Positions 10,711-24,535 are shown, counted from the whole stretch's first letter. The stretch: 62,625 nucleotides of DNA, filler included, from Sphacelaria rigidula (GCA_964200075.2; 9 parts of 9 records of this genome joined end to end with filler, not necessarily neighbours in it), one strand, 5' to 3'. Notes: generated from the letters alone by a model not told the origin. Made by a program: numbers and translations.

Positions 10711-13455
10711 TTATCAGGATACTTCTCGATGAACCTGCACTGAGGAAACCACTGCCTCCACGTAAGTGTGGCATTCTGTACAAGCAAGTCTAGCATGTAG
10801 GAGTGTATTATCACAAAGAAGGTGGGAGGTCCCCTCCTAGCGCCCCGTTCCTGACGTGTGTCGAATCGTGGGCTTGCAATGGTTGGCGCCAACTCCGGTG
10901 GGAGAGTACACCGAAAGCATCGAAGAAATGGGCTGGGGAGTGAACCAATTAAAATTCTACATCTCCATTGCTATTACTGGAGTTCAACTGGAAATGGGTA
11001 CGAGAGCGCCAGTTGTCCAGTTCATGAGGAGGTGTTGCGCCGCTTGTCTATACCGAGTAATTTTTATAGTAGTTCAATGATGGGGAGTTTATAAGAAAGA
11101 AACACTGTGTACAATTAGACTGTGAGGTTGAAGTCAGCGGTCTACAGCAGTTCAGGTCCCAAAAACGTCGGTGGTACCCGGTTGTTCTGCAGTTTTTTTT
11201 ATCGCCGACATCGGGTCGGTCGAAGGCTGGTCAGTCGAATGAGATAAACGAAGAAATGAAGAGGTGGGTTTCAGTTATGGTGGAAGGCTTGGTGCTGAAG
11301 TGCCGAACTCCACACCCCAATTCACAGTTGCATGAAGATCGATGTGAACATGAAGCAAGAGATACTCACAATACGCCGAAGTAATGTAGCAGGTATGTAC
11401 CTCATCCGAAGAAAAACAAATCCGGTGACGGGCGATCACAAAACACACAAGCGTTCTATCGAATAAGCTGCGGTGAGAACCTGTTTACTTCAATTGCCCA
11501 AGGTACTGCCAGGGTGTGGCATGTTTGTTCCAATCCCCAGGTCCCCAAGAAGAGGGTCTGCTGCTGGATGGTGTAGAGAAAATGATGTTCGAATTGCTAC
11601 TACATACCGAAGACATGTTAGAGCAGTACGAGGCTCGTATCAGCTCGCAGTGAGTGGTTACATCATTCACAACCAATTACGGTTACCGCAGGAAAAAAAG
11701 GTCAAACACGGGAAAATTTTCTGACTTGGGCGACGCTCCTGAGCGGGACCCCGTATCAGCCGGGAGGGGCGGTTAGCTGGAAAAAGTGGATGGAGTGGCA
11801 ACTGGTGCGGCAAGTGTTGACGGAACTGAACAGAGCTGATTGTTCACAGCCTCGAGAATAAATTTTAGTTTTTGTAGCGTTAAGGTGCATTGGGTAGGGT
11901 ACGAGAGTTTTCGTGGATCATACAGAAGTAGGGAGTACCGATACAAAATCGCTCGGAGGCCACGGTACTTGTCGGGTAGGGATAGGAGGCTTGCAGAGAA
12001 TCCACTGGTGGTCTTGTGATGAAAAAGGGTTGCATAGAAAATAGAACACGCACCCGGATATTTGTACAAGTGTGTGGGGTTAAACCGTGTGTACAGAAAG
12101 AACAGAACTATCTGGGAAGGGTATGGTGGATCACAACAGTCACGCAACTGTCGTGGACCGGTAGGACAGTCTTCGACAAGTCACAGAACTGTTGAGGGAT
12201 TAGGAAAGCGTTACTGAAGTCAAAGATCTGTCGAGTAGTGGTGTGCAAGTGACACTGAAGTCATAGAGCTATCAAGTTGGGCAACGAAAGCCTGACAGAT
12301 TTCACTGGAAAAATCGGGTAGGCCAACCACAGTCCAAGAGAAGCTACAGAACTGTCGGTTACGGGGATGAAAGTTTTCCAGAAGTCACCGAACTGTCGTT
12401 TAGGGATAATATCTGTAAAGATACCCCGTGTATGGAACAAACCGGCCCCCATACGAGATAGGATTGGACACCATAGATCGATGCCCTGCAAATTGATACC
12501 GATGGCGGCGCAGATGAAGACCCCCCTGTCAGTCCGATACCTGTTGATTATCATGTTTCGCTTTCCCTTTCAACTCGTACCCTGTAATCCATCTGTTCCC
12601 CGAACAGGAAAAAATATCTTGAAGGGTGTACAGAGTTGAATACTAAGGGGTGTTAGATGGATGGAGGTTGGGGAACAAGTGCGAGTTTTCAGAACAAAGG
12701 TAGGGATTGAGTTCAAAACTTCACCCCTCCCGGGTAATACCCGCACTCTGCCTGCATCGCATATACGCACAAGGGTATATATATTGAATCTGGGCCGGGA
12801 TTACGGGAGGCTTACAGACCTTGCAGAGTCGTCGACCAGGGGTATGAGGCAGTTTCAGATAATAGCAAACTGGCGAGTAAAGTCAAGACAGGTCTTACAC
12901 AGCCTCTGCGTACCGGTTTGATAGCTTTACACGGTTGAAAGGACTGGACGAGAGACAGCAGGAGCCAATCGCCCCGGCGAAGACGCGATTTTCTTGTTTG
13001 CCATATCATGCCGACAAGGTGTACGTTAGTTTGAACCATACGTCGTACGACAAAACACAGCGTGTTGGCAGCACTGATGGCAGCACGCCGGAATTTGTGT
13101 TCCAGTGTGGAGCGATGGCACGATGAGCTGTGTCTCACCGTTGATCCCAGTAAAGGAAAACAGCACACATACATACCGGCTCTGCACGCAATTGGCTGCA
13201 GGGTCAAACTCAGTTACCGGTTCCCCGGGATAATTCCCATATATATGACAAATGTTGACGTGTTCATGAAAAGTATCTTGCGTAGCGAGAGAAGAGCAGT
13301 TCTAAATCTCAAATGTTGCGTCTTCGAACTCGAACCACCTACGGGAGTGTCATTGTCAACCAGTGGTGTGATGGACTTACAGCACATACAAAACTGTCGG
13401 GTGCCGGTATAAAAGTTTCACAGGGGTGACAGGATTGAAGAAACACACAGCAGTA

Positions 13456-13735
13456 GCCGGTCGCCCCGGTGGCTCAGATGGTAACCTCGAAACCTTCTGA
13501 CGGTTAGGACGTGGGTTCAAATCTCGGGAAGACCTGGGATTTTCTCTCACACCATGCCCAACAGTGGAGAGCGACTATGTGGTGAATACACACAGTTCGA
13601 CTTCACGGTCGACGAGGGAAGGGGCCGCTGGACCCTTCTCTCGGTAAAAAGAAAGGCAAGCACCGCAGAAGGAAGGTGGGGTGCTCAAAACAAATTTAAA
13701 GAAAAAACTCCTGTGTTAAGGCTACTTCTTATGTA
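13456..13735 (+). mobile_element. tRNA-derived SINE family A (3' part missing)
   Basis: GCCGGTCGCCCCGGTGGCTCAGATGG (A box), AACC-TTCTGAC-GGTT anticodon-like arm, GGTTCAAATC (B box), shared body CCATGCCCAACAGTGGAGAGCGACTATGT. Confidence 0.8.
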
Positions 13736-15129
13736 TCGAAAAAACTCCATCAGGAAATGCGTTTTCTGATAAATGACCAAAACCCCACTTATTAAGCGAT
13801 CAGAAAATGTTCGATTCTGTGTTCGAGAAGAATCGAGCTTNNNNNNNNNNNNNNNNNNNNNNNNNNNNNNNNNNNNNNNNNNNNTTAATTAATTAANNNN
13901 NNNNNNNNNNNNNNNNNNNNNNNNNNNNNNNNNNNNNNNNGATCATGAGTACCCCCCCCCTGCCCCCGCCGCCGTCCCTCCGCCCCCTTTATTCCATACC
14001 TGGTGAACCTAAAAGCGCTTAGCTTGATTAGCTTGCGTGGAGGGAAATGTTGCGTACAAGTTGGTAACGTTCCTTGAAGCTGATTGTATATACGATTAAA
14101 AAATGAAAATTGTACGCACAAGTCTTCCGAGGAAATGAGCTATCTGGGTATGGTTCACCCTGCGACTTCACTGCTTCGTATCCAGCGTATCGTCTGCTGC
14201 AAACTCATCGTTGCCAGCGAAAAGGGGGTCACTGCTCTATATGTTCACACCACGATGATGTGACACGCCTTTTTCTCGAATAATGCTTCGCTTCTAGGTT
14301 CAAATTCCGACCAGCGTTCAAGGATTGGGCAGCACTTGCTCTCCCGAGGGACTCCAGCTACACCCCGCGAACTTTGTGCGCTCTTGGCGCCGTGATGGAC
14401 GTTTCGAAGGTCGACCTGGATCGCGCCAAAATGAAGAGCGTCAAGGTTTTCCCTGCAGGTACGTTGTAGAAGCGCCAGCACTACATTGACAAGTGTGTGA
14501 ACAGGGTTGAGGTATGGCTTGGACTGCTCAAGTGCCCGAAGGGATGAGACTCGCTCATTTATGGCGAGTGTGTCGCCGAAAGGTACCCATCATTGCTTGA
14601 AAGCCCACGCCTTCGGGGTAGAGTTCAAGGGGTCACATATTTCTGTGCGAACTCGTCTCAGCTGGCAACAAAGTTGCATGTTATCTATGCCGCCACGTGG
14701 TCTGAATCAAAATGATACAACCAAATCCGTCACGGCAGAACATGTGATAGTTTGTACTCCGATAAGTATCTGCTACCAATCATGCCAATCGTGCCAATCG
14801 TGAAAGTATCAAAAAGAGTATGTTCGACGAGATTCGACGCGGTGCGAGAGTGCTGATCCGACTCGCGGTACCAAAATGTAAGGCGTGTACCGAAGCAAGA
14901 ATAAGTCGATTTCTTGGGACAATGGACTCGTCCCAAGGAAGGGAAGGGGTTGGCATGAGGCGATATGATGTCACTTGTTGATGACATCACCATCATATGT
15001 ACCGAAATGGCAGTAAACATGATTTTTCAGACCTGTGTCGGATGCGTCCAATCGGCGATACATACAACAGACAAATCGTGTCCGTTGCATCACATGTAAC
15101 ACGCATGCATGGTATCACTCGGTTCACGC

Positions 15130-15500
15130 TTGGTGTTGTTGTGTGTGTTGTCATTTAATCTATTTTGGTCACCAGCCTGTACCTTCCGGTATTTGTAGAC
15201 ACATCGGCCGGGGTCACACAGGAGGGAGGTCAACTCAGAAGTTTTTTTTCTTCACTCTGTTGTAGCACGCCACCTTCCTTCTGCGGCGCCAGCCTTAATT
15301 ATAACTGCGAAAAGGGTTCAGCGGCCCCTTTCCCTCGTCGACCACGAAGTCGAATTTTTTGTGCCCATGGCATGGTCGCTCTCCGCTGTTGGGCATGTTG
15401 TGAGAAAATCTCAGATCGCATGACTTCACCGAGGTTCGAACCCACGTCCCAATTTTCAGAGGGTTTCGAGGGTACCGACTGAGCAGCCGGAGCTACCGGC
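15130..15500 (-). mobile_element. SINE family A
   Basis: Reverse-complement copy of the family A head and body, with CA-rich tail. Confidence 0.75.
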
Positions 15501-16985
15501 GACTTGTCGACATGAAATTTCACAGAACGATAGCGCGGTGTTTTCTTTTGTTAATACACCGTGTTTCGAAAACACAAACGATGCGTTTCCAGGCACGCCG
15601 AAATGCACACGAGGGCAATCAAGGCATGGTCGGTGTCGTTTGGAAGCGGAGGATAGCATATATCTTGGGGTCTACGCCTCGCGTGACATGAGAACGTCAT
15701 AGATATATGCTATCCTCCGCGGAGGATAGAAATGGAAAATGATAGATTCATTTTCCTGTAGGAAACAGTCTAGTACTACTACAATCTTCGGTTATCCCAA
15801 ACTGATATGGATCACGTCGTGCAGTGCTGCGGTCAAGATTGCCTGTTTACAGTTAGTTCCTCGTTTGTCTTCTTGTGACATCTGTAGGCACTACACTACA
15901 GGTAGGACCGCCACTTGAGAACTTGACAGTTAAGAACGTGGGCCACAAAGTTGTTAGAGCATAGAAGCTATTAAGCACAAGTTGAATGCTCGAACAAGCA
16001 CCCCACCCTAAATAAGAGGTTCTTCACTGATAGCGCTATCTGTACACACAAATATCTCTCGTAGCACGTCCACGTGTGTCGGTGCAGATCACTCTCTAAT
16101 CTCACTAACTGGATACCTGGCGACGGGACAGCGGTGGCTATCGATATTCCTGGACGGGCATGTCATGGGCCTGAGGACGTCGGAGAATGACCAAGGGTCA
16201 CCGGGGACGGGGAAGTAAGCTGCTACTCCTCGTTGGATACGGTCCAAATGGCGTTGTATCGGGAGGGACGATTAAGTCAGAGCAAGCGACATTTTCCCTT
16301 ACACTCCTTCTTCTCTCTCCCCAGGTTCAAGTGTTGTACCCAAGTGCTGTATGTATCGAGGAGAGATGGGTTGAACCCTTGAGACCATTAGACCACGGGC
16401 TCGCCCCGAGGAAGGGGAAGGGTTGGAAGTGTGACTTGGATTTTTTTTGTTTGTGCCGTACTTTCATATGACTCGTTGGTGAGAGCTCACGCCCAGGTAG
16501 TGTGGTCCTAGAATAGCTTAACCACAATCTGCTTCGACGACCTTTTGTTTTGTTTCTGAATTATGCTACGGTAGGGGTGCACAACTATTTTCTGAGTTGA
16601 GAACTGTCAGGAGTCCTTTTTCTCATGCAAAACACAACCTATGAAAATATGTGTAAGTACACCAGGGTTACTACTCGAAGGTGCTGGGGATATCCCGGAT
16701 GAATTTGCAAACGGGAATGCCCCGATCCATATTTCGTGCATCTAGAATCGTTAGGAGCCTCTGAACTAGACATAATGTCGCGCAAAAAGTGCACCCCTAC
16801 CGTGGCATTGCTCTTCTTGCATGGGTACATGCCATTTTTGTGCACAGCTCCTTGCAACTGAAGCCATGCTGCAGCGGCCGTTCATTTCTAATTCAGTTTC
16901 GCTGATTTCCATCCGGACCGGTTTTCTCCTCCATTCATTTTTTTGTTTTTCTTCCTTCTTTTCCATTCCTGTTTCTGCTTGGTTT

Positions 16986-17062
16986 TAACTCTGTTTTGAC
17001 TCTGTTTTGACTCTGTTCTGACTCTGTTTTGACTCTGCGTTGACTCTGCGTTGACTCTGTTT
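16986..17062. repeat. 11-bp minisatellite (TTGACTCTGTT)~7
   Basis: Direct tandem units visible. Confidence 0.8.
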
Positions 17063-18919
17063 GTGCCTGTATTTTTTTTCCTCAGTTTACTCTGTTGTTT
17101 GGTCTTTTTCCACTTGCTCCCTTCTCCCATTTTCTGCTCTGGCGAATATTTCCGTTTTGTTCACCTTGGGTGCGTGTATCTTGTGGATAATGACCACGAC
17201 TGGGTCATGACTCGGGGAACTGAATGTGCAACAATATATCAATCAATGTTGACCTGTAATCGAGATACGACGTAAATGGCTTGCCAGACTCTAAGAACTG
17301 AACAGTTCGTGCACTTTCACTCGTATCTTGTGCGAACAACACCCAGTAATCGGGTTGGTTTCACGTAGATCCATTTTGTCCGCCGTTATATTATGATGGG
17401 CACAGAGACTACTAAGTGAAGTTAACAAGATCCACATATGCCCTCCAGTCAGGATTTCGTGTCTAGAAACAAACGTCACTGTCTGTGGCTGGTCGCCATT
17501 GGACGATTCCCGGTTTCAGCGACCAGCGACAACGTTTGCACATCGCGGAAGAGACCTTTTGATGGGGAGCATCATTGAATGGAAAACTGACGCAAGTCAG
17601 CGTTCTCTTCACCGAGGGGTGACACTGGTCACATGTCCCCACGTACCTCAAAGTGCCTTGCCGTGCCAAAAGTTCCTGCGTATACCACGAACACCCATGG
17701 CTCTCTGTCTCTCTACCAACGCGTGTCTATCTTCATCCAGCCCCAGTCGCCTGACGTCTGTGCGGGTACTTCTGACAAAATATTATCCATCGGCGTTTGT
17801 GAGAGCAGGCGAGGAACAACGGACTCTTCAGGAGCAAACGCCAAACGAATCCAGAATCAGCAGGTGAATAACGTGCCAAGCTTTGGCTACACTTGGGGTT
17901 CAGCGTAGTATGTCGCTACAAAGTTCATCATGATTCACCCCCCACTGCCCCTCTACCCCCCTCTTTTCTCGAGAAGGAGAAGATCTACTCGGTATTTGGG
18001 CAGTTTTTACGATAGCACCCCCCAGAATCAGGCCAGAAGTGTCACAAACAAAATGGACATGCAGCGCCTGATGTTTGGCTTTAGGCTGCATGAAGCGTCT
18101 CATATGGGCGACATTGGCGATAACGAACCCGCGCGTGGGAATTCTCAGCTGCTCGTTGTGCTCGGCCTTTTCCATTTCGACTTATGTGAACATATTGCCT
18201 CCCCAAACCATGCACTTTTTTTGGGTGGGGCTATCGTAGAAAGTGTCTTTGGTTGGCAAATACCGGAGTTTTTGCGTCCCTTTCCTCCTTATGACGTCTT
18301 CCTAACCGTTTTTGGCTTGTGTTATTGCGTCGTTTATTGCACTGATCTTCCGTTCAGAGTGACTCCATCCCGCCATCGTCACTACAACAAAGGCCCGTCT
18401 GCTCGTGCTTGTCGGCTGGAAATGTCATAGAAAAAAGAAGGGTGTACGTGTACTCAGGGTCGCCGTATTCGACTAGATGTGCCCTATCTTCCCGGCATTA
18501 CGCCCGCGGATCCCCTGACACGAAAAAGTGATGCAGTGCAACCCACAAAAAACGTGATCAAAACAAACCGTAGTGGAATACGGAGATCAATGCCGTCGGG
18601 AATATCCTCACCCCTTTCAGTGAAAGGCCGCGTTTCTCGACTTTCCTCCCCTACTCATCTTGCAGCACAAACGCTGCGTCTCTGTCAATCTCTTCAAATT
18701 ACGTAGACCGGATATATATGCCAGATTCCTCGCCCCGAATATCGTCAAAGTTGACTACTTGACGAGTACCACAGCTCACATTGACTGCGAAGGAAATCGC
18801 AATGTCGGATCACAGCGATTTTGGTTGTTTATTCCCTTACAATTTATAAAACTGTACAGGAATCACGAAAATGTACATGAAAACACGAAAACGAGGTGGG
18901 TATTGGTGTGAATAGAAAC

Positions 18920-19240
18920 ATATTGTGCGGGGTGAGAGAAGCTCAATTCTGCGCAAAGGGGATGGTCATACTACATTATGTTTAAATGGTGAGACAGCCA
19001 TGAGGCAGTGGGTAACCCATGGCTATCTCTGGAAGGGGCGATACCAGAAAATAAGCAACTTATTGGAGCCTGTCATCCATATGCAAAATAATCAGTGCTC
19101 TTCAGCCCGAATAATCTTAGCAGGATGCAGCTCACCCTTTACGCGACTCTCCGAATACATCACGGCGCTCTACGCTTGGTGATTGATCGCGAGCCGAGCC
19201 CGGCAAAACCCCGGCGTGCTCCGTACCGGCTTTATAGGGA
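18920..19240 (-). mobile_element. Interspersed repeat family D (partial copy including tail-to-body junction)
   Basis: Homologous to ~48375-48687, ~59870-60090 and 20911-21020. Confidence 0.75.
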
Positions 19241-19379
19241 TGCGAGGCCAAAGGCCATGTGACTACGGCACGCAAGATCATGACTACGCCCCACCCCTCC
19301 TTCCCCCTTGTCGTGTTGCTTGTTTCTTCACTTCATTTTGTTTTGTTACCCTTTTCTTCTCGTGTTTCCTTCGACGAGT

Positions 19380-19570
19380 GTTTCCGTTGTGTTTTCGTTG
19401 GGTGCGTGTATCTTCTACCCACGGCTGGATTATGATTGTCAAGGGATCAGTTGACGTTCATGTGAGGCAATGAATGGATGAATGAACGAATGAATGAATT
19501 AATTAATTAATCAACCAACCAATCGATCAATCGATCAATCAATCAACCAACCAACCAATCAATCAATCAT
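19380..19570 (+). mobile_element. 5'-truncated LINE-like 3' end with (CAAT)n tail; relatives at 17165-17250, 39680-39797, 57175-57275, 57555-57632, 58940-59005(-), 59252-59320(-), 61730-61815, 62075-62145
   Basis: Conserved GACCACGGCTGGAT...GGG(A)TCAGTT...GTGCGACAAT followed by a simple-repeat tail. Hairpin TGACCC-CTGGA-GGGTCA at 39713-39729. Confidence 0.7.
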
Positions 19571-19690
19571 GTGTCTTCTCCGTAGCTCTCGTCACATCTT
19601 CCGTCAACCGCTGACAAAAATACAATCCGCGACCGGACCCTTTCTCTACACTCCGTCGCCCCACCTGCTCCCAACTACAATTTCCAACAG

Positions 19691-19969
19691 CTAAGATTCG
19701 CGGCCCGATTTATAATGGCATTCGACGACACCTCGCGAATCGTAGTATCAGAGGGCAGTCCACCCGCGGCTGGATCCCCACCTCCATCCGCCGGTAAGAG
19801 AGCCGACAAATCATCACCTTCTAATAAATCTCGTCCAAAGAGCGGTCGCGCCGGCGCCGCTATCAGCGGTGGTCGGCACCGTCATGGCAAACCAGACGGC
19901 TTCGGGAGTATTTCGTGTGTGCACACCTTCCCTACGGGGTTGGTGGTTTCTACGGGAAGTGACGGGACG
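19691..19969 (+). CDS. Internal exon of a WD40-repeat protein
   Basis: ttccaacag acceptor, 279-nt phase 0/0 open exon, gtgagt donor. Ends in SISCVHTFPTGLVVSTGSDGT, matching WD40 ...l.sgS.DgT(v.iW). Confidence 0.65.
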
Positions 19970-20704
19970 GTGAGTGAAGAGACGAGCAAGGAATGCAACC
20001 AACCACGAGCAAGAGAAGTTGATGCTGCTTGCAATGTGAAATCAATGAAATGGTGCGTTCAGGTAGTATATCCGAACCAACCACAGCCGTTCTTGAACTC
20101 CGCTGCTAGAAATCAAGTTGCGTGACGATGATTTATGCACATGCCGCCGCAAAATAAACTCCTTCTCCAGCCGAAGGGTGAACATGTAGCGTGTGATTGA
20201 AATATTGACAAGTATCGCACCTCCACCTGCCGATGCAATGATCCGTTTAACGATTAGGTTCGCATGGAGTATGTGGTGGACGCTGTCCGAGACTCCAAGC
20301 AGCGAGTCGTCAGAGGCTTTGCACCGAAGGTAACGAGTGCTGCACAAGCAAGGTAGAGAACTGTTTGAGCCAAACATCTGGTGAAATGTGAAATCTCAGC
20401 GCAGCATCAGTGCCTGTAATATTCGGCTTCACACGTTGAAGTTTCATACCGCTAGTTTTTGATCACAAAGATAGATAGTGTTTCGCAGAGTGTTCACGTG
20501 CTGCTCTTCTAATTCGACCGACATTACGCAAGATTAATGAAAAATTAGATGACGCACGTGACAATCGACTATGGAAACCCTTGTGACCTCGTTCTGTCAT
20601 CCCTCAGTTGTACGTATTTCACGATGTCGTCACCCAAAAAAGTTCACCTATCTGATATATGTTGCGACACTTTCTACGATAGCCCCCCCCCGAAATGTGC
20701 AACA

Positions 20705-20810
20705 GCCTGGTCCGGCGAGAACCCGGCGTGCTCCGTCCCGGCTTTGTAGGGGCGGACCCCCGATGGGGTTGGCGTCGCTTGGCGATGACGCTATAAAACC
20801 CGCCACTCAC
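20705..20810 (-). mobile_element. Family D 3' end with LINE-shared tail
   Basis: Minus strand ...CATCGGGGGTCCGCCCCTACAAAGCCGGGACGGAGCACGCCGGGTTCTCGCCGGACCAGGCT. Confidence 0.75.
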
Positions 20811-21349
20811 NNNNNNNNNNNNNNNNNNNNNNNNNNNNNNNNNNNNNNNNNNNNTTAATTAATTAANNNNNNNNNNNNNNNNNNNNNNNNNNNNNNNNNN
20901 NNNNNNNNNNAGCCTACTGATTATCTTGCATTTGGATGACAGTCTACAATGTGTTGCTTTATTCTGTGGTATCGCCACTTCCAGAGACGGCCACGGCTTT
21001 TACACTACCTCATGGGTGTCTAATCAGGGGGGTGTACTCATGATCATGCATGCTCATGGTGGTGGTGGGGGGGAGTTCACGAAAAAAGGTTTATTGGTGT
21101 AACACAATCGCGGTGCGCTTCTAGTTGGGTGAAAACGGCGTGAAGCAGTATGGGTGAGTGCTTTTAATGTTATTCATCGGTAACAACTGCGTTCCATTAA
21201 CTGTGGCTGTTTTCGTGGAAGAAATAGCCCCGATACCCTCTCCCCCGCTCCTATTGTAGAATGACTCACAGCATGATCGTTGTCTACGGGCCACGACACA
21301 CGGAGTGGTCGCAAGGATTCGCACAAGTACCGCGAAACATATTCTACGT

Positions 21350-21742
21350 GTGTGCTGTGTTGTGCTGTGGTGTGTGTGTGTGTGTGTGTTATCATCCCAT
21401 CCATTCTGGACGCCAGGCTACATCTTGCGGTGTATATGTGGGCGCGGGGTATCACAGAAGGAAGGCCAACACAACAGTTTCTTCTCTTTTTTTATTTTTT
21501 ATTTTAGTACTCCACTTCCCCTCGGCGGTGCTTCCCACATTATTACTGCCAGAGGGGTTCAGCGGCCCCAGACCCTCGTTGACCGTGTAGTCGAATAGTG
21601 TGTACCCACGACATAGTCGCTCTCCCCTGTTGGGCATGGGGGTGAGAAAATCCTAGATCGTGTGACTGCACCGAGATTGGAACCCACCACCCAACCGTCA
21701 GAGGGTTTCGAGCTTACCAACTGAGCCACCGGGCCGACCGGC
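21350..21742 (-). mobile_element. Full-length SINE family A with (CA)n tail
   Basis: Head GCCGGTCGGCCCGGTGGCTCAGTTGG...AACC-CTCTGAC-GGTT...GGTTCCAATC, complete body, tail GGGATGATAACACACAC. Confidence 0.8.
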
Positions 21743-23489
21743 ATTTATGGCTGCTCACAACCCTCGAATGGAGCATGACTCCTCACTTTTTGTCAAGCAA
21801 ATTGACGTGTCCATATTTGACTGTTGTGTTTGTTGGGGTATTCCAGGGCGGGGGAAGGGCTGCCGTGCTTAGGTTCATCCGGCTTGCATTTCTTCACCAA
21901 GAGCATTACGGAATCTTATTGCATTTGTTGTATCGACATCGACCAGAACGACCAACAAACACGAGGCGGATACCCGGACAATTGATTTGTAGACTGTTCA
22001 ACCACCCTTCGGGCAACACCGTTACGGCGATATTTTTTCAGACGAATGTCGGGAATCTTTGACAGACCCTTTGGCTGCGAAGTTTCGGGAGACTAATATT
22101 ACAGAAGCATCAGCGCACTGAAATCAAACCGTAGGTAAAATATGGCCTGTCCCGCGCAATTCTGCCATTTCTTCTCGCTTCACGAAGGAGTATTTTTCTC
22201 GGGATGAGACTGGGAACCCGGACATCCGGAAACACCCTCAAAAGCCCTGTATCAACGCGCAGACAAAATCATAGAGAGTGTTTTTTTTTTTTTTTTTTTC
22301 TTTCTCCAGATCTCCACATAATCTCAAAAAGCTGTTTCGTTTTTTCTGTGGGGGCACTTTCCAGGGAAAAAGTCTTACGCCGAATTTGAATAGCTCTCGG
22401 ATATTGCCAGACGGACGTTTTCTCGGAATTTTCAAATAATGGCAATTCTCAAATGTATCAACGAAAAACCGGATCTGAAAGGTGATTTTGTTCCGTTTTG
22501 CCGGAACTTTTAGCCATACGATCTCAAAATAGAGGACAGCGAACGATTTCTTTCAAGGTTCCCCGATGAACAATCTTGAGATTTGTGATGAATCGTTTTT
22601 GAAGATATCTAATATTGTTTTGCCGCTGAACTCAGGAGACCAGATAATATAATTTGCACAATGCGTATAATACAAAATAACATGAAATGTACACAAATCG
22701 TGAACAACGTACGGATATGATGAGTGTGCTGCCTTGATATTCACACACACACACGAGGTGGTTCTACAAGGAAAAAAATTCTTGTTCTGGCGAAAATCGG
22801 AACATGTTTTGCCCAATCATCGGTGTTTTTTCGCATTTCGGGGTAATTTTGCCCCCAAATGTTGGGTTCCTTCCCACTCCCCCAAAAACAAAACCCGCGG
22901 CTATCGATGTAGCTCGACGCCGCCGTCACGAATATTGTAGTTTCACTTTTCAATTCGCCCTTCACTTGCAAGGTATCGCAAAATAATAGGTGGAGAATTG
23001 TGCTGGATGAGCCACAGATCAAAATACTTATGATGTATTTGTATACCCAATTCCACCAGTTTTAAAACTGAGACGGGGTTCTAACGGCTATGACCGCCGT
23101 GTGGTATCACCAGCGAGCGGTGGGCACATTACTTCACTCGTCCGCAATGGAATTCACGGTGGGGTACAAATACTCTTCCGGGCGCTCCTCTCGCTTCTGT
23201 CGGCACTCTTGCTCTGCGCGAACTGTCCAAGGGTGTTTTAGTTAGAGTACATAGCTGGACATCCACTCTCCCGAATTTCGTGTTGCGATGGCCCGATCTT
23301 TAATCTCTACCCATATTGGGTATAGTTAGATGTGTGTGTGCTGTCATCCATTTATTCTGGACGCCAGTCTACACCTTTCGGTATACGTAGGCGCATCAGT
23401 CGGGTCACACAAGCTAGGTACTATCGCAATACTCCATCCGACATCTAGTTATTGTCAGAAACGATCTAAATACTCTATCCAAGTGTTGG

Positions 23490-24255
23490 GTACTTGGGCA
23501 AGTTCTTGATATGTTCACAAAGCAAAACTCGTTACAAGCAGTCTTTTTGGCCCTTATCCGTGGTAATATAACCGGAAAATAGGGCTGGGCGGGTGTGGAT
23601 ACCCTGGAATGACTCGCTCTACTCGTTGAGACCGTTCCAGGGCACCTTCGCGTTTTCCGGTGGCCGCAGTTTATTTTTGGCCGAACTTGCATTTTCAACA
23701 ATAAACGGTCAAATCATGAAAAGTACCAGGGCTATACACGATACACGTGCCATAGCGCTACACGTTACGTTTACATTACGTTTTGGCCGGAATGTAACGT
23801 GAACGTTGATTTTGTTTCACGTGATGAACGTAACGTGAACGTGTACATGCATAGCCAGGGCTATACACGTTACACGTGCCATAGCGTTACACGTTACGTT
23901 CACGGTACGTTTTGGCCGAAACGTAACGTGAACGTCATTTTTTTTTACGTGATGAGCGTAACGTGAACGTGAACGTGTAACGTGTATAGCCCTGAAAAAT
24001 ACAGAGGGAAAACTGCCAGCTTCTGTAACTTGACCGTTTGTCATCGAAAATGCGAGTTTATCCAAATGTAGAACTGCGACACCCGCAAAGTGCAAAGATA
24101 CCCTGGAACGGTCTCAACGAGTAGAGCAGACAATCGAAGGTGTCGACATCCGCGTTGCCCTCTTTCGGGGCGTAAAACGACGGAGAAGGGCCCAAAGCTA
24201 ATTCTCAACCTGAGTTTTTGTCGACACACAAGAAGTGGCCTTCGAGTACGATTTT
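23490..24255. mobile_element. Foldback/long-TIR MITE interrupted centrally by a hAT MITE
   Basis: Arms ~23490-23720 and ~24025-24255 are reverse complements, including the exact 27-mer GCTCTACTCGTTGAGACCGTTCCAGGG. Confidence 0.7.
23727..23994. mobile_element. hAT-type MITE, head-to-tail dimer
   Basis: TIR CAGGGCTATACACG(A/T)TACACGT. Units start at 23727 and 23856. 8-bp TSD AAAAGTAC/AAAAATAC. Confidence 0.8.
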
Positions 24256-24535
24256 TCAAAATACCCAAAGGTAGGAAATACCCTACCTACCCAGTACACC
24301 CTTCGAACGTTTCCTCTGGAACACGTGAAGAAGAAATACGAGTCCAGCAATCAAATTCTCAGCTTCACCGATCGGCGGGTGTTGAATACACGTCGTAGAT
24401 TACGGGGCGCATGGTTATGAGCCCAGTGCAGACAAACGACGACGCCCCTCCGCCCACATGGTAACCTAGCAATCCACATATTGCACCCGATGCAACATCC
24501 TCACAAACGCGAATGAAACACAAGCGACCACATAC

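Noticed and set aside
10880..10896. TGGCGCC primer-binding-site-like motif
   Set aside because: No adjacent LTR end identifiable, and too short.
13456..13535. Functional tRNA genes at SINE heads (also 21660-21742, 50300-50390, 55030-55111, 58375-58448, 61085-61157)
   Set aside because: Acceptor stems do not pair and heads run into shared repeat bodies.
18190..18300. Tc1-like CMVWGG motif on the minus strand
   Set aside because: Isolated six-residue similarity without other DDE motifs.
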